The notes below the pieces were generated by a model. That model was not told the DNA's origin. It did not search any database and was given only the letters and a program-made list of their open reading frames with translations. A program made the position numbers and the translations under genes. Positions 1 to 12,165 of a stretch of 64,000 nucleotides of DNA are shown here, piece after piece. Source of the stretch: Octopus sinensis. Its lineage: Eukaryota. The first letter of the stretch is position 1. Each line of letters begins with the position of its first letter. The stretch is taken from contig NC_042998.1 in assembly GCF_006345805.1 (NCBI RefSeq), positions 106,020,001-106,084,000 of the forward strand, given 5' to 3'.

Positions 1-477
1 CAAGTTTCCTGGAAAGAAAGAAACATTATAAAATGCTTATAAATTGCTTATGTAATATTGTATTATTTGTTTACAAAATAAATATAAGATTAAAAAACTG
101 TCAACTTTTATTATATTCATTATATATATTGTTTCCAGTATAAATTAATATTACTGAGAAATATTACCGGTCCCTAGTACATTGGAAAAAAAAACTGCCA
201 GTATGTCACATCAGATAGTTTGAGAAGCACTGCCTTAAGCTATGTTAGGAGATACTTGCCCAACATGACATGTAACGGTATTAAACAAGTTTATTTCTTA
301 AACCACAGAGCTATGCTTGCACCCAATATGTCTGCAAGAAGATTTGATAGTCATGGCTAGAATGTCTTTGATGTCATTTTGCTCAATCAAGAATGACCTA
401 GAAATATAAACCACAACACCACCAATATCAGAAGAATTATTTTCACCATGATAGCTGCTATCAGCAAAATCAAAAGC

Positions 478-548
478 TAAATCCTCATCATCATCTTCAT
501 CACTAGATTTGCATTATCAACATTACTGCCATAATCACTACCACCATC

Positions 549-580
<32 letters not shown>

Positions 581-875
581 CAGCAGCAACAGTAGAATCC
601 TCCTTGCTGTAATAACTGCCGACATCAAAACCACTGACAATGTCAGTGTTATTATTATATTATCATTGTCATCATTACCACCTTTGACCACCACCAATAA
701 CAACAATAAAAATAACAGTAGAATTCTTCTGATCATGATAACCACCAGCATCACAACCACTGATAGTAGCATCAACCTTATATTATCGTTGCACTATCAA
801 CCATCATCGTCATCGTCAACATTGTCATCATCATCATCACTATAACCGTTATTGTTGTTATTGTTCTTCTTCTTC
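478..875. repeat. Low-complexity CAT/CAC/CAA trinucleotide region with a degenerate ~125-bp internal duplication
   Basis: Trinucleotide runs; AGTAGAAT...ACCACTGA motif occurs twice (~590-635 and ~716-765). Confidence 0.8.
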
Positions 876-895
876 TTCTTATTTCTGCTGATACA

Positions 896-1250
896 GTAGT
901 ATTCGCTCTTTAAATACTCACCTTACAACTTCACTCAATGTCCTTTGCTTGAAGTGAAAGTATTGAACTGTCTTTCAACTGATTCCTTTTATCATATGAC
1001 AGACTGCTGTGCAGACAGAAACGACACAAGTCATTGATGGAATATAGATCTGTACTTGAGTCAAAGATCACTTCTGCTGCTGATCTACTATATATAACCA
1101 ATACAAGAGAAGAAAAAAAACACGCTGTGACAGATACAAGTTGAACACAATATTCTGAATTAACAAATACCTTCATACTATTACCAAATATTTCCCTGCT
1201 TTTGTCAAACACCTCAACACAGGAATACATATATGTGTTTACAATTCTGA
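896..1250 (+). pseudogene. Highly decayed non-LTR (CR1/L2-like) reverse transcriptase fragment
   Basis: Broken frames give KYSPYNFTQCPLLEVKVLN and TSAADLLYIT, resembling RT motifs YRPISLT..KVLE and RST.DLL.YIT; multiple stops. Confidence 0.35.
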
Positions 1251-1364
1251 TGTTGTTTGAGTTTATTTAGCTATATCTGTCTATTACTCTCTCTTTCTCC
1301 CCTCTCTCTCTCTTTTTCTCCATCATTTTCTCATCCTGTGCATGTATGTATGTATGTATATATA

Positions 1365-1503
1365 GGTGCAGATGTAGTTATGTTGTTCCCAATCAGATGG
1401 TTCCAGATTCAGTTTCACTGCAAGGCACCATAGGCAAGTGTCTTCTATTATAGTCTCAGACCAGGCAAAGCCTTATGAGATGGAAACTGAAAGAATCCTG
1501 ACG
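1365..1503 (+). mobile_element. tRNA-type SINE family S1, 5' half
   Basis: GTTCAGTTTCACTGC...GGCAAGTGTCTTCTATTATAG...GGAAACTGAAAGAA shared with other S1 copies. Confidence 0.8.
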
Positions 1504-1603
1504 TATATGTGTATATATATACATATGCTGCTGTCTTATGAAGGTTTCCTATCTTGTTGTTGAAAGCTTGAAATGGGGAGTAATAAACAGTCAACAACAA
1601 CCC

Positions 1604-2140
1604 ACCCCTACACATTACAACCCCCACCCTTCCCACCCCACCCCACCCCATCCCTTACACCCTCTCCCACATACACCACCTCTACCCCAACCACAGCCTA
1701 ACCCACACCCTTGCTTACCCCACTCTTGCCTCTCCACCTCCCAACACCATCACACCACACCACACACCACCATACCACACAACACATCACACCATCACAC
1801 ACTAGCACTGACCACTTCCCAGCCCCACATCCACACACCTACACGTCAAGGTCACCAGCCCTTTTCCATATGCACACCTTAGTTTTGGGATCACCACTAC
1901 TTTATTATCTCCCCTTCTTCCTAGCTCTCCTGTGTGACCCCTCTGTCCGGCATTCGCCATGATAGATCACTAGCCACTACACATTCTTTATTTTCTCTCC
2001 TTGTTTCTTTCAGTGTTCCTTTCTGTGGAAGAGCATAGACTCAAAACGTTAAAGACTTTTTCACTTCCCGAGCATTATACTAATACAACTGTTTGTTGTC
2101 TACACCACATGTCTTTGTCATTCTTTTTGTGAATTCTCCC
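1604..2140 (+). mobile_element. Penelope-like element 3' fragment (C-rich UTR + tail with decayed HHR), related to the tail at 25750-25930
   Basis: 1990-2140 aligns by eye with 25775-25930 (CTGT.GAAGAGC.TAG.CTC.AA.CGTTAAAGAC...ATACTAATACAA.TGTT); ends in (TA)n at 2141. Confidence 0.75.
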
Positions 2141-2164
2141 TATATATATATATATATATATATA

Positions 2165-2387
2165 CAGGTGGTTGGCCAAATGTCACCTGACAGTAAATCA
2201 AAATTCGGTAAATAATATCTGTAATTCTTTATTGACTCAAATGGAAAAATGTCTCGGTCAAGGACTTCAGTTTGAACAATTTTTATGATGTTTCATGTTT
2301 AGACGCTTTAATTAAATTCATTCAGTTGTTAAACAAATTTTGGTATTAAATAGTTTTAATTTACTGTCAGGTGACTTTTGGCCAACC

Positions 2388-2390
<3 letters not shown>
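2165..2390. mobile_element. 226-bp Tc1/mariner-type MITE inserted in a TA run
   Basis: ~33-bp TIRs CAGGTGGTTGGCCAAATGTCACCTGACAGTAAAT / ATTTACTGTCAGGTGACTTTTGGCCAACCCTG, TA on both sides. Confidence 0.9.
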
Positions 2391-2428
<38 letters not shown>

Positions 2429-3481
2429 GATCTGCCATATATATATATATATATAATGAGCATTCCCCTTCAAAATATATAGTGCATGTTTTGTATTCAA
2501 AATGGAATACAAAATGGCAGATCATTAGTAAGGAGAGACACACAAAAAAGAAAGAAAAAGCAAAGGACCACTGATGAAGTCACAGAAGTGTGATGAAAGA
2601 ACTCTGGCCAAAATACAATTTGATATAAAATAAAGCTGAAGCAAGTGAACACCAAATATATAGTGCATGTGTTTTTATTGGCTAAACTGGCAACTTGACC
2701 ATCCCCAAATACAGCAATATCTGTTTCAACACACGTATTCACATCAAGAATCTTGCAAAATGGATATATAAAATTATATACACATATATACTGAGTGTAT
2801 GTACATTATCAACACCTTCATCATCACCATAATCATCATTTATGGTTCCATGCTTGCATGAGCTGGATGGGTGACCATGTCTGAATTAATTCCCTTTCAG
2901 AATTATTGCCCTTTAAGACAAGCTGTTGAACCAAGTCTAACTCTTAAATTCTGCTTCAGCATGATTTCATCAGCCTCTTGCCATTCCTAACCAATCACTT
3001 AACAGAGTGTTCTAGCTAGATTTTATAATGTATCAAAGGTCGTGTCATATCCTCAACTAGACAAGACTGCAATATCTCTGTTCCTTTGTCAACCATTTTA
3101 TATAGTGTATTGAGTGCCTCATATCTTGGATGGTGCCAGCGCTATTGAAGTTGACTTGAACCCTGCAGAACAAAAGAATCCTTATTACTCTACATTGTCT
3201 GTGTTTGTTTAGGGCAACAGAACCAACTGAATTGGTAGAAGGGAGGCAATGGTGGAAGATGAGCCAAAGTGTGAGAGAGGCAGATGTGAGAGTGTGATGA
3301 GAAGGGAACAGAGCAGTTGGAGTGATAGTGTGAATGAAGGAGAAAAAAATGGAAACGACAGTGCTAGAAGGAGTAAAGGAAGAAGTCCTTAGTGGCAGCT
3401 ACAAGTTTGTTGGAGAGAGAGAGAGAGAAAGAGAGAGAGAGGGAGAGAGTGCGTGTGTGTGAGTAGTCATACTAAATGCTG

Positions 3482-4412
3482 CTGCCTGCAGGGGAATGCC
3501 AATAAATTATGCCTGTGACTTTGAAGGACATACCGCAAATGAACTTAATGAGCACCCCGTACCTTTATCTATTAGCAGACATGTTGAGAAATTTACCTTC
3601 TCACTGAACATGAGCATTCCCCTTCAAAAGGAAAAGAATAGCTGACAAATTTGTCAATTTATTACTAGGAATTACAACTGTGTTTCGTGGTCTGCTACCA
3701 CAACAGCTCCTTTATAGGATCCAGTTAGCTCAAGACATCATCAGGTGGAACCACGTCCGGTTTCAGCCCCTATTCCATTACCAGTGGTCAAGTCCTAGCT
3801 GACAATGATAAATTAATATGAATTCCATCTCAGCACAAGAATGAATCTCAAGATGTAAATGAGTTGGTAGTAAAAGTGTATCCAAATATCTATCTTTACT
3901 TCAAATATCATAAATAGATTCAAGAAAGAACTGTACAAGCTTCAATAATTGGAACAGTAAATGAGATGAACTTTAAGTATTTGGATCTTCCTGAAGAGTC
4001 TGTTTTGTATAAGTCTTTTGACTTTGTAGCATCCCTCTCTAAATTGGTGAACTACCCCTTAAAGATATTAAATTGACTCAATTTCACCATATCAGCTCAT
4101 GGCAAAGAAAGAAGCCTCAGTTACAAATCTATATGGCCCTCAGAACACATCAATTTACAATGGACTTCCTTCAATCCCAACAGATATGCCCTTCAAGTTA
4201 AATGGCTTCGGTTTCCAGTATACTTTTCATTTGCAGTGAACACCAAACAAAGCCCGAGAACATGGTCTTAGAGACTTTGGAATCAGTAAGGAATCGCATT
4301 GTTTTACTCATGGTTAACTGTATGCTGTTTCTTTCCATAATTGTAAACAGCAGAAATCTGTTTATTTTAACTTCACAGAAAAACTAAAAATGTATGCCCC
4401 TAAGCACTGTAA
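3482..4412 (+). pseudogene. Decayed Helitron (Pif1-like) helicase C-terminal region
   Basis: Broken frames read LNMSIPLQ, ELVVKVYPNI, ERTVQA..VNEMN..LPEESVLYKSFD, PTDMPFKL..FPV, CFTHG*LY, KTKNV, collinear with Helitron helicase motifs. Confidence 0.8.
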
Positions 4413-4944
4413 CAGACATTGGAAAAACAGTGATTACAAAAACAGTTCATTCAAAATATCTGTGCATTATTCAGTAGTTTTTGAAAGAACATGTTTTTCC
4501 AAAAAAATAAGGAAAACAATGAGATTTGAAGCTTTATATTCCATCATTTATTATTTTGGATCATTTTGATGAGACTTGACTTGAACTGTCTTCTGAATTG
4601 CTTGCATGAGACGATTCTTGTGAATCAATATTCTCAGATAAAATGAAAATTGTCAGCGTCTATTTTAAGCAATTTATACAAAATATAGTAAATTCATATG
4701 GTTCCAGGCAAGATTGGGTATTGTAGTCATGTATGAGTGACATGTGGTCCTCTAAACCTATGCCAGCAGATGAGCTTAAAGCCTGCTTCATAGCTTCATC
4801 TCTCTGGAGACATGTCAAAGAAATTAACCCTCTCAAGAAATATGAAAAGCAGATATAAAAGGTTGATGATGATGATGGCATAAAAGAGGAAGGGGAGGAG
4901 AAGTATATCCATTGACATCAAGAAATGGGAATATTTCAATAATG

Positions 4945-4975
<31 letters not shown>

Positions 4976-5169
4976 ATGATCAAACAAACTCCAAAGAGGT
5001 TGATGTCAGTCTGTGTTGGCAAGACAAGACTTATATTACGAAGTAAAATCGATAAAAGAGAGTACAGAGAATTTGCTGTGGAAGAGTGGAAAATCTAATG
5101 TTTCAGACAGAATCCGTCTTCACGGAAAAGTTAAAAAATAGCAATGTGTGTGTACACATAAGTACATAT

Positions 5170-5202
<33 letters not shown>

Positions 5203-5221
5203 CATAATAATAATAATAATA

Positions 5222-5436
5222 TTAGGGAGTATAACTCCAAACTTACAGGGAAAAATTCAATTTAGTATTAAATCAAATTTCACAATATATAATATATATA
5301 AATTAGAGAAAAAACCCACAATTATGCACTTCAAACAATGATAATATATTTCATTTTATGATATATTTTATTTCGTCTTTATGATTTGGTTTATGTCTAT
5401 CATTGTTTGAATTGTATAATAGTGGTTTTTTCTCTA

Positions 5437-5440
<4 letters not shown>
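5222..5440. mobile_element. Two head-to-head copies of an AT-rich element tail (family G), each running out into TA/TAA repeats
   Basis: ~5299-5340 and 5401-5441 are inverted copies; further copies at 8812-8935 and 20255-20330. Confidence 0.7.
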
Positions 5441-5470
<30 letters not shown>

Positions 5471-5710
5471 CTTAAACAAGAATTTTGTTTGAGAATAATA
5501 AATTTGCACTCTAAAAAGTTGTAAAAGTGTAGAGTAACCTAGCAGATTAATGTAGAATTGTTTTTATCATAACTGAATATGATTGCATTGTTCAATTAAA
5601 TGGAACCACTTGAAACGGTCGTACTGCATTACTACTTGAAATCCTGTTACTAATTTTGATTTTATATATATGTATGTATATATAAGTGTGTGCGTGTGTG
5701 CGTGCATGAG

Positions 5711-6069
5711 TTCTTTTCGAGCATTGAGCCTCATGGGGGCAAAGTAGTTGAGATCCTTTTGAGTGTTGGGCCTTACGGAGGCAATGACCAAGACCTTTTG
5801 CATTATGTTGTGCTTGAGAAGACCCATCAAGTTGAGCAAAATCACACTCATAGTGGACACTGGTGTCAAGCAAATAGTACCATTGCCAGTGGGATGTAAA
5901 ATCAGGCATTACACTCTCAGAGTGGTTGGTGTTAAGAAGGGCATTCAGCCATAGAAAACCATGCTATATCAGATTGGAGCCTGGTACAGCCTTCCAATGT
6001 GTCAGCTCAGTCAAACCATCCAACCCATGCCAGCATGGACAACGGACGTTAAATGATGATGATGATGAC
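5711..6069 (+). mobile_element. RTE-LINE 3' end with (GAT)n tail
   Basis: GTGCTTGAGAAGACC...AAGAAGGGCATTCAGCC...CCATGCCAGCATGGA...GTTAAATGATGATGATG matches the 3' part of 35566-36862. Confidence 0.85.
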
Positions 6070-8504
6070 GATATATGTATATAAAGGTAAAGGCTGTGTG
6101 TTTAAGAAGCTCACTTCCTGACCAAGTTGGCACTGCATGGCACCTTGGCAGTTGGGTAAAGCATCTTCTACCAAATCTACTCACATGGCTTTAATCAGCT
6201 TGATGGACATGTGTGAGTGAAATGGTGAAGGGCTGTGCAGTACATTACACGTTGCTCACTACAGACCACAGAAACTTTTCCTGGGCACCTATTCCAGCAG
6301 TCTGCCTGAGAGTAGGTTGTCTAAAGCTGAAATTATAAACTTGTCAAGGGAAATTACCAATGACATCCTTCACCTCTGAGATATGACAATAGCTCTTCAT
6401 ACTGTAGTTGGTATTCTTGCTATTATTATTGTCATCAGTGTTAGTATTGGGGTTAGTCTCTATTATGTATAGCTGTGTACAGTTGTATGTATGAGTGTCT
6501 ATCTGCATTTGCCTAAATATGTAGGAGAGGGCATGACCTCCACCACCCTCTTCATATCAGTCTTTCTATCTATTATCTACCCCATCCTACTGCCCCTGTT
6601 ATCTGGTAGTCTGTCACTCCATTTGCATGGTAAATAATTTGATTAGTAAGGATATGTATTCAGCAAAGCTAATATTGTACTTTGTATTTCTTGCCAAAAA
6701 CACTGAAGAGGTGAATCAATAAGATTATATCATTTCACCAAACCATTGTGTAATCTTGTCAGCTGATTTACCAAAACATCTGCATATATTATAAAGCTTA
6801 AAATACCACACGCACACACACACACATATACATATATGTTATACAGAAAAAAGAAGTTGGAAATGCACTGGAAGTCATTTAGATTATTTTTAATTTTTAA
6901 AGATTTCTTTTTTAATTTTTAAAAACTCATCTTATTTCACAGATTTCTCTGATTTTCAAAAGTTGAGATAGAAAGACATGGAGCTATGCTGTAACTGTGT
7001 CACTTCTGACTGGAATTCAAAAATTCTCTTGTTTTCATAGAATGAACATGGCTCCAATTAATATCTGTTTTGGATATGTTTTGATTGGCAGAGGATGATG
7101 ATGTGATTAGGTTCAGAAATTTTTGTAAGTTCCCAGTCTGTTCTTTAATGTTATGTCACAATATGTAAGTTAAAGCCGAGTTAACATGTCTAGTAACAAT
7201 CCCAAACAATCAAAGCTATCTGAAATTTACCTCTCAAACATGGTAGAGGAAGATCTTCATGTGATCTTCTACCACATTGTGTGTGTGTGTATGTGTGTGT
7301 GCACGTGTGTGTGTGCCCATGTGCATCCTTGCTTTGATACTGTAAATGAGTGTCGTCATCATAGAAACATCATAGAAATAGGGTTGTTCATTTCCAATCT
7401 TCAGTAAAAATCATGTCAATCATGGAAAAATATTACCTTGCCTGGAAACAAGTGAAAGCTGGTAATGGGAAGGGCATCCAACAGTAAAAATATCTGCTTC
7501 AACAATTTCCATCTGAGCAAGGCAAACTTGGAAAAGTGCACATTAAAATGATGATCATTGATGATATATACGTATGTATATATGTGTGTGTGTATGTATA
7601 GTACCTCACATTAGATATGACAAATACATTTAAAAATTTAGTCTCTCTAGAAACTTCCATTCACTTTTATTGATGTAGTATAGTGAGTTTTCAAACCTTT
7701 TCGCTTGGCTGGGAATTCTCTGTACACCAAACATACTGTGCAAAAAATAAATATAGTTTCGACCTTTCCCCAATAACTGTCTTATTTCTTTATGCTCTAA
7801 AATCTTCTAACCCATTCAGAAAAATAATCAATAAATTTCTCATTTTTCACATTGGCTACCAAACTCCTCTCAACCAACGGCAATTTAGAATCTGTCATAA
7901 TATAATGCTACAAACTATATAGGAGCTTTCTATATCTCTCTTCTCTGGTACCATAAAAAAAAGGAAGTAAAAATTGCTATTATACATTGCAAGGCCATAT
8001 AATTTGCTTGTGGGCACAACCCATAGCCAAAGTATATATATATCAATCCCTGGTGCTTATTTTTCTGAACCTGGAAAAAATGAAAATAAACAACAATTTT
8101 GATGCAATTTCAATTCAGAGTATGGAAGGATGTAACCGAATGCAGCAAGGTTTGGCATAGCGCTTTATTATTTCTGGTATTCATTACCCTAAAATAACAT
8201 CGATGCTGTTTTTCTTATTTTTGCTTAGGACATCTGTATTAGATTGAAAGGGTCTACTTGATCAAACCAACCAAATACTTTACTGATATTCTTTTTTTTT
8301 TTTTAATTAGATCCTAAACTGTCATTGGTTGCATTTCAAGTGAAGTGAAGTGCAGAAATTTATCAATCTTCTGCTAAGTATTTTATATGAAGGTCAAGAA
8401 TTTCTGCCATCCACACCCCTCATTCTACTACTACTGCCACTGATGCTGCTATTCCTAAACTACTACTACTAAATAATAGTAATAATAATCCTTTCCAGCA
8501 ATTT

Positions 8505-8660
8505 AAGTTACATCGACCCCAGTACACAACTGGTACTTAATTTATCGACCCCCAAAAGGATGAAAGGCAAAGTTGACCTCAGCAGAATTTTGAACTCAGA
8601 ACACAAAGCATTAGATCAAGATTGCAAGTCATTTGTCGGACATTTTGATAATTCTGCCAA
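8505..8660 (-). mobile_element. tRNA-type SINE family S2
   Basis: Reverse complement of CTGAGTTCAAA(A)TTC..GAGGTCAACTTTGCCTTTCATCC...GATAAATTAAGTACCAGTT. Confidence 0.85.
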
Positions 8661-8811
8661 TTAATGAAAAGAGAAGATGGTAGGAGTGAAGAGAGGAAGT
8701 AGGTGTCAGATGAATAGAGGAGAGGAGGGGAGTCAGATGAAGAGAGGTGGGGAGTTGAGCCCATGTGGCACAAAGAAGTGAAGATATATTTATATGTTTG
8801 TATATATATAT

Positions 8812-8935
8812 AATAGTAGGGAATATAATTCCAAAACTTACAGGGAAAAATTAAATTTAACAATTTTAAATCAAATTTCACAATATATAATATATGTATA
8901 TAATTTAGAGAAAAACCACTATTAAGCAATTCAAT
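8812..8935 (-). mobile_element. Family G tail next to a TA run
   Basis: Closely similar to 5222-5340. Confidence 0.7.
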
Positions 8936-9166
8936 AAAGAATGATGCTATTCACACCATATAGAAAATATATACTATAAAAAAAACTTACTTTAAATCAA
9001 ATAAAGTACAATAAAAAGTAAACAGTATCTGACAGTAAACTCATGGTTTCAGTTTGCACATCACGAAATAATACTTAAAGGATATAACCAAAATTTCCAG
9101 CTGGGTGACCAAGTTAGTAGTGGGTGTGGATGCTCAGAGAGTGTTACCACTAGAATAAGAATGCTA

Positions 9167-9195
9167 GGTGTTTCCATTCTTTTGTTCAACCCCTG
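9167..9195. mobile_element. Solitary Tc1-like terminal inverted repeat followed by TA
   Basis: GGTGTTTCCATTCTTTGTTCAACCCCTG-TA; partner end not seen; preceded by a short RTE RT piece (LGDQVSSGCGCSES, ~9105-9166). Confidence 0.5.
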
Positions 9196-9231
9196 TATAT
9201 ATACGTGTGTGTGTGTGTGTGTGTGTGTGCA

Positions 9232-9270
<39 letters not shown>

Positions 9271-9283
9271 AAGTATGTAAGTA

Positions 9284-9493
9284 TAATAATAATAATAATT
9301 GTGTACAGTGCTCAGGTGCACTACAACTCATCTAAAGTGTATATATAATCAGGTGTAGTTTCGGCGGATTTCGGAAAGCATGAGGGCCTTAAAGGATGCA
9401 GTGTCATGGCAGTCAACAACTGACGCAGGCAGTTTATTCCATGCTTCAGCAACTCTGAGCGTGAAAAAATGTTTCCGAAAGTCATGGGAGCTG
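9284..9493 (-). mobile_element. CR1-type LINE 3' end with a short trinucleotide-repeat tail
   Basis: Translates SHDFRKHFFTLRVAEAWNKLPASVVDCHDTASFKALMLSEIRRNYT*, typical CR1 RT C-terminus (FF..RV...WN.LP). Confidence 0.85.
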
Positions 9494-9687
9494 TATGTAT
9501 GTATGTATAATGCTGGTAGCTTATTAGCAATTTAAAATCTAAAGGCAATTTACAGACATCACTAAAGTGACAGAGGGTACAAAGTGGTATCAGCATTGCT
9601 AGAAATATGAGTCAAAATAACTCATTAGCCACAAAAGCACTATCTTCATAAGTTGACATGAGTGACAAAGCTTCCTATGATTGTATA

Positions 9688-9722
<35 letters not shown>

Positions 9723-10650
9723 TGTTGAGCTATTAGCTAAAACACCATTTGTGATAATTTAGGGACTGACAGACTGTTGTGCACAAAGTTCAAAACATTA
9801 TTCCAAAATGTTGATTTTACCTGATATATTGTTATTTACACCAATTCCAAGTGCTGAATTTTCACCAGATGAATAACCCCATTAGATCACACACAGGTGT
9901 GAAAGAGGCTACTTATCTCTTTAGTCAATGAAATCTCTATCTTTTACACATTTGTCTAGTTCTTTACCATCCTTTCAAGGTTTATACACAATTTAGATTT
10001 CACACATTGTAAGGAGATTGTTGCAGTAGCAACAGGACTCCACTACAGCACTATAAAAAGAAAGGGGAAAAACAACCAACTCTTTTTCATTTACTTCCTA
10101 ATTTGTGTCTCAAATAAATAAACATAAAGGTACAAAGATAAACATTTTTCTGTAAATAATTTTTGTTTACAAGTCAAGGTGCTCTTTGCAACCATCTGGT
10201 TTGCCTTCAGGCCCTCTGCATGACATCTTAGTCAAGTGTCCTCTTTTATAGCCCTGGTATGACTAATGCCTTGTGAGTGATTTTGGCAGATGGAAACTGT
10301 GGAAAAGCAGATTATATATACATACTCAGAACCATGCTAATAGCTTGTGAAATTTAGGATTTCTTGGTTTTCTGTGAATCAATTTTGATAAAAGTTTTCC
10401 CAGCTGGTTTGCACACTATAGCGACACTATTGTTATGTTTTCCTTGTTTTGTGTAATGTTCTTTTTTTTATTTCAGATTCTTCAGTTTTTGGGTAAACCA
10501 CACTAATAGATTTTGAATGAAAATAGCCCATCTAGATATCTTTTTTAAGAAAATGAAGGGTAATGATACATATTAAGCATACATTGAGTATATATTTAAC
10601 AGAAAACCATGATAACACTGCAATATTATAACATTTATTAACATAATGAA

Positions 10651-11459
10651 TTATTTAGCCACATGCACGCCATTTTGACAGATAACTTCAAAAACCCTAT
10701 TAGTCATGGAATCTGTCCATTACTTAATAGTAGCAGGTTGGACTTCCTCTGTTGAAGCTTTCAAGGTTGCCCATAAGACATCTTTCGATGTAAATTGTTG
10801 TCCATCAGCACAAACATCTTGTTTAATGATGGACCAAAGATTTTCAATAGGGTTGAGATCCAAAAATGCTAGCAGTCACACAATCAACCTTTTACCTTGT
10901 ATGCCATAAGACTCTAGGAATGTTCGGGTGATCCTAGCAGAGTGGGAGAGAGTGTTGTCATGCATGAAGACGAGATTTCTTAGAAGTGACAACAATATGT
11001 CATCTAGCCAGGGAACCAAGACCTCCTTCAGAGATTGTAGTAGGCAGCTGTGGTCACTTTAACCTCTTCGGGTATCCTGACAGGGCCAACATGTCTATCC
11101 TCACAACATGACTCCTCCAACACTCATCTCCAAAATAGACCTAACCATTTTCCCAACCATCAGGTTCATCAAGGGTCCTCCTGGTTTCATCAGTGAACAG
11201 AATACAACTCAAGTTTAATGTCATGTACTTTTGGGCCCATTGAAGCCTCAAACCTCTCTGAGGAGGCAGCTTCAGGGGTTGTTGCACAGAAGCCATGGTC
11301 CCGAGGATGTGATTTCTGGTGTATTTTGGTACATGAGAGAGTCTGGAGGCAGTGAAAATGGCTTTGCTTGTTTGTCCAGGTTTCCCTCGTAACTTCCAGC
11401 CAATATTCCTTAAATTCCTAGCTGTCATAGTCTTGCAGGTCCCCACAATTGGATCATTT
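10651..11459 (-). pseudogene. Tc1-like transposase relic with DD37E spacing (TRT-like)
   Basis: LFTDETRRTLDEPDGW ... VFMHDN ... DLNPIENLW; 37 residues counted between D (HDN) and E (PIE); frameshift and stops; 5' end cut by an RTE tail. Confidence 0.85.
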
Positions 11460-11464
11460 CTTCC

Positions 11465-11630
11465 TTGGTGCTCATAGAGTGGTTGGTATTGGAAGGGCAT
11501 CCAGCTGTAGAAACACTGCTAGATCAGACTGGAGCCTGGTGCAGCCTCCTGGCTTCCCAGACCCTGGTCGAACCGTCCAACCCATGCAAGCATGGAAAAC
11601 GGAAGTTAAACGATGATGATGATGATGATG
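11465..11630 (+). mobile_element. RTE-LINE 3' tail
   Basis: GGAAGGGCATCCAGCTGTAGAAAC...GTTAAACGATGATGATG. Confidence 0.9.
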
Positions 11631-11776
11631 ATATATATAAATATAACTAGGGTTTTAGAACACCTATATTGCTAGAAATAAGAGCTAAAAAGCTCTAATG
11701 CAGTAGTTAAAGCACATAACCGTAGACGTATGTACTGACAAGGACTGTAATCGCCCGAAAGCACCAGTCAAGAATT

Positions 11777-11826
11777 CCCTATACTGATCAGTGAGTTTTG
11801 ACTAATTCTATAGCCCCATCAGTAGG
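11777..11826 (-). ncRNA. Type I hammerhead ribozyme motif, decayed copy (family D)
   Basis: CCTA-CTGATGG-GGCTA-TAGAAT-TAGTC-AAAAC-TCACTGATCAGT-A-TAGG; two core substitutions, stems I/II intact. Confidence 0.6.
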
Positions 11827-12114
11827 AATGGCTCGACTCTGCTGATTCTTGACTAACTTCTTTGTCAGTACATAAGTATTCACCATAAAAATCTGAATGA
11901 TTTAACAAATCGCTGTGTATACAAAAAATTAGTATTGATAGGCATGTGCAATGTTTTACCAAAAAGGAAAACTATTATAATTGTCGCTAAATATGACTAG
12001 AATATTAAAACACCTACATTGCTAGAAATAAGTGCTAGAAAGTGGTTAAAGCATATAATTGTATACATATGTACTGACAGGGACTGTAATCATTCGAAGC
12101 ACCAGTCAAGAATT

Positions 12115-12165
12115 CCCTGTACTGATCGGTCAGTTTCAGTTAATTCTGTAGCCTCATCAGTAGGG
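12115..12165 (-). ncRNA. Type I hammerhead ribozyme motif (family D)
   Basis: CCCTA-CTGATGA-GGCTA-CAGAAT-TAACT-GAA-ACTGA-CCGA-TCAGT-A-CAGGG; canonical core, 5-bp stem III, GUA cleavage triplet. Confidence 0.7.

Noticed and set aside
5570-5640. HHR-like CTGAATATGA...GAAACGGTC
   Set aside because: Core spacing is wrong and there is no convincing stem I or II.
11731-11775. Plus-strand HHR-like CTGACAA..GCCCGAAAGC..GTC
   Set aside because: G8 is absent in both copies and stem III does not form; better explained as a GACTG/CAGTC hairpin.
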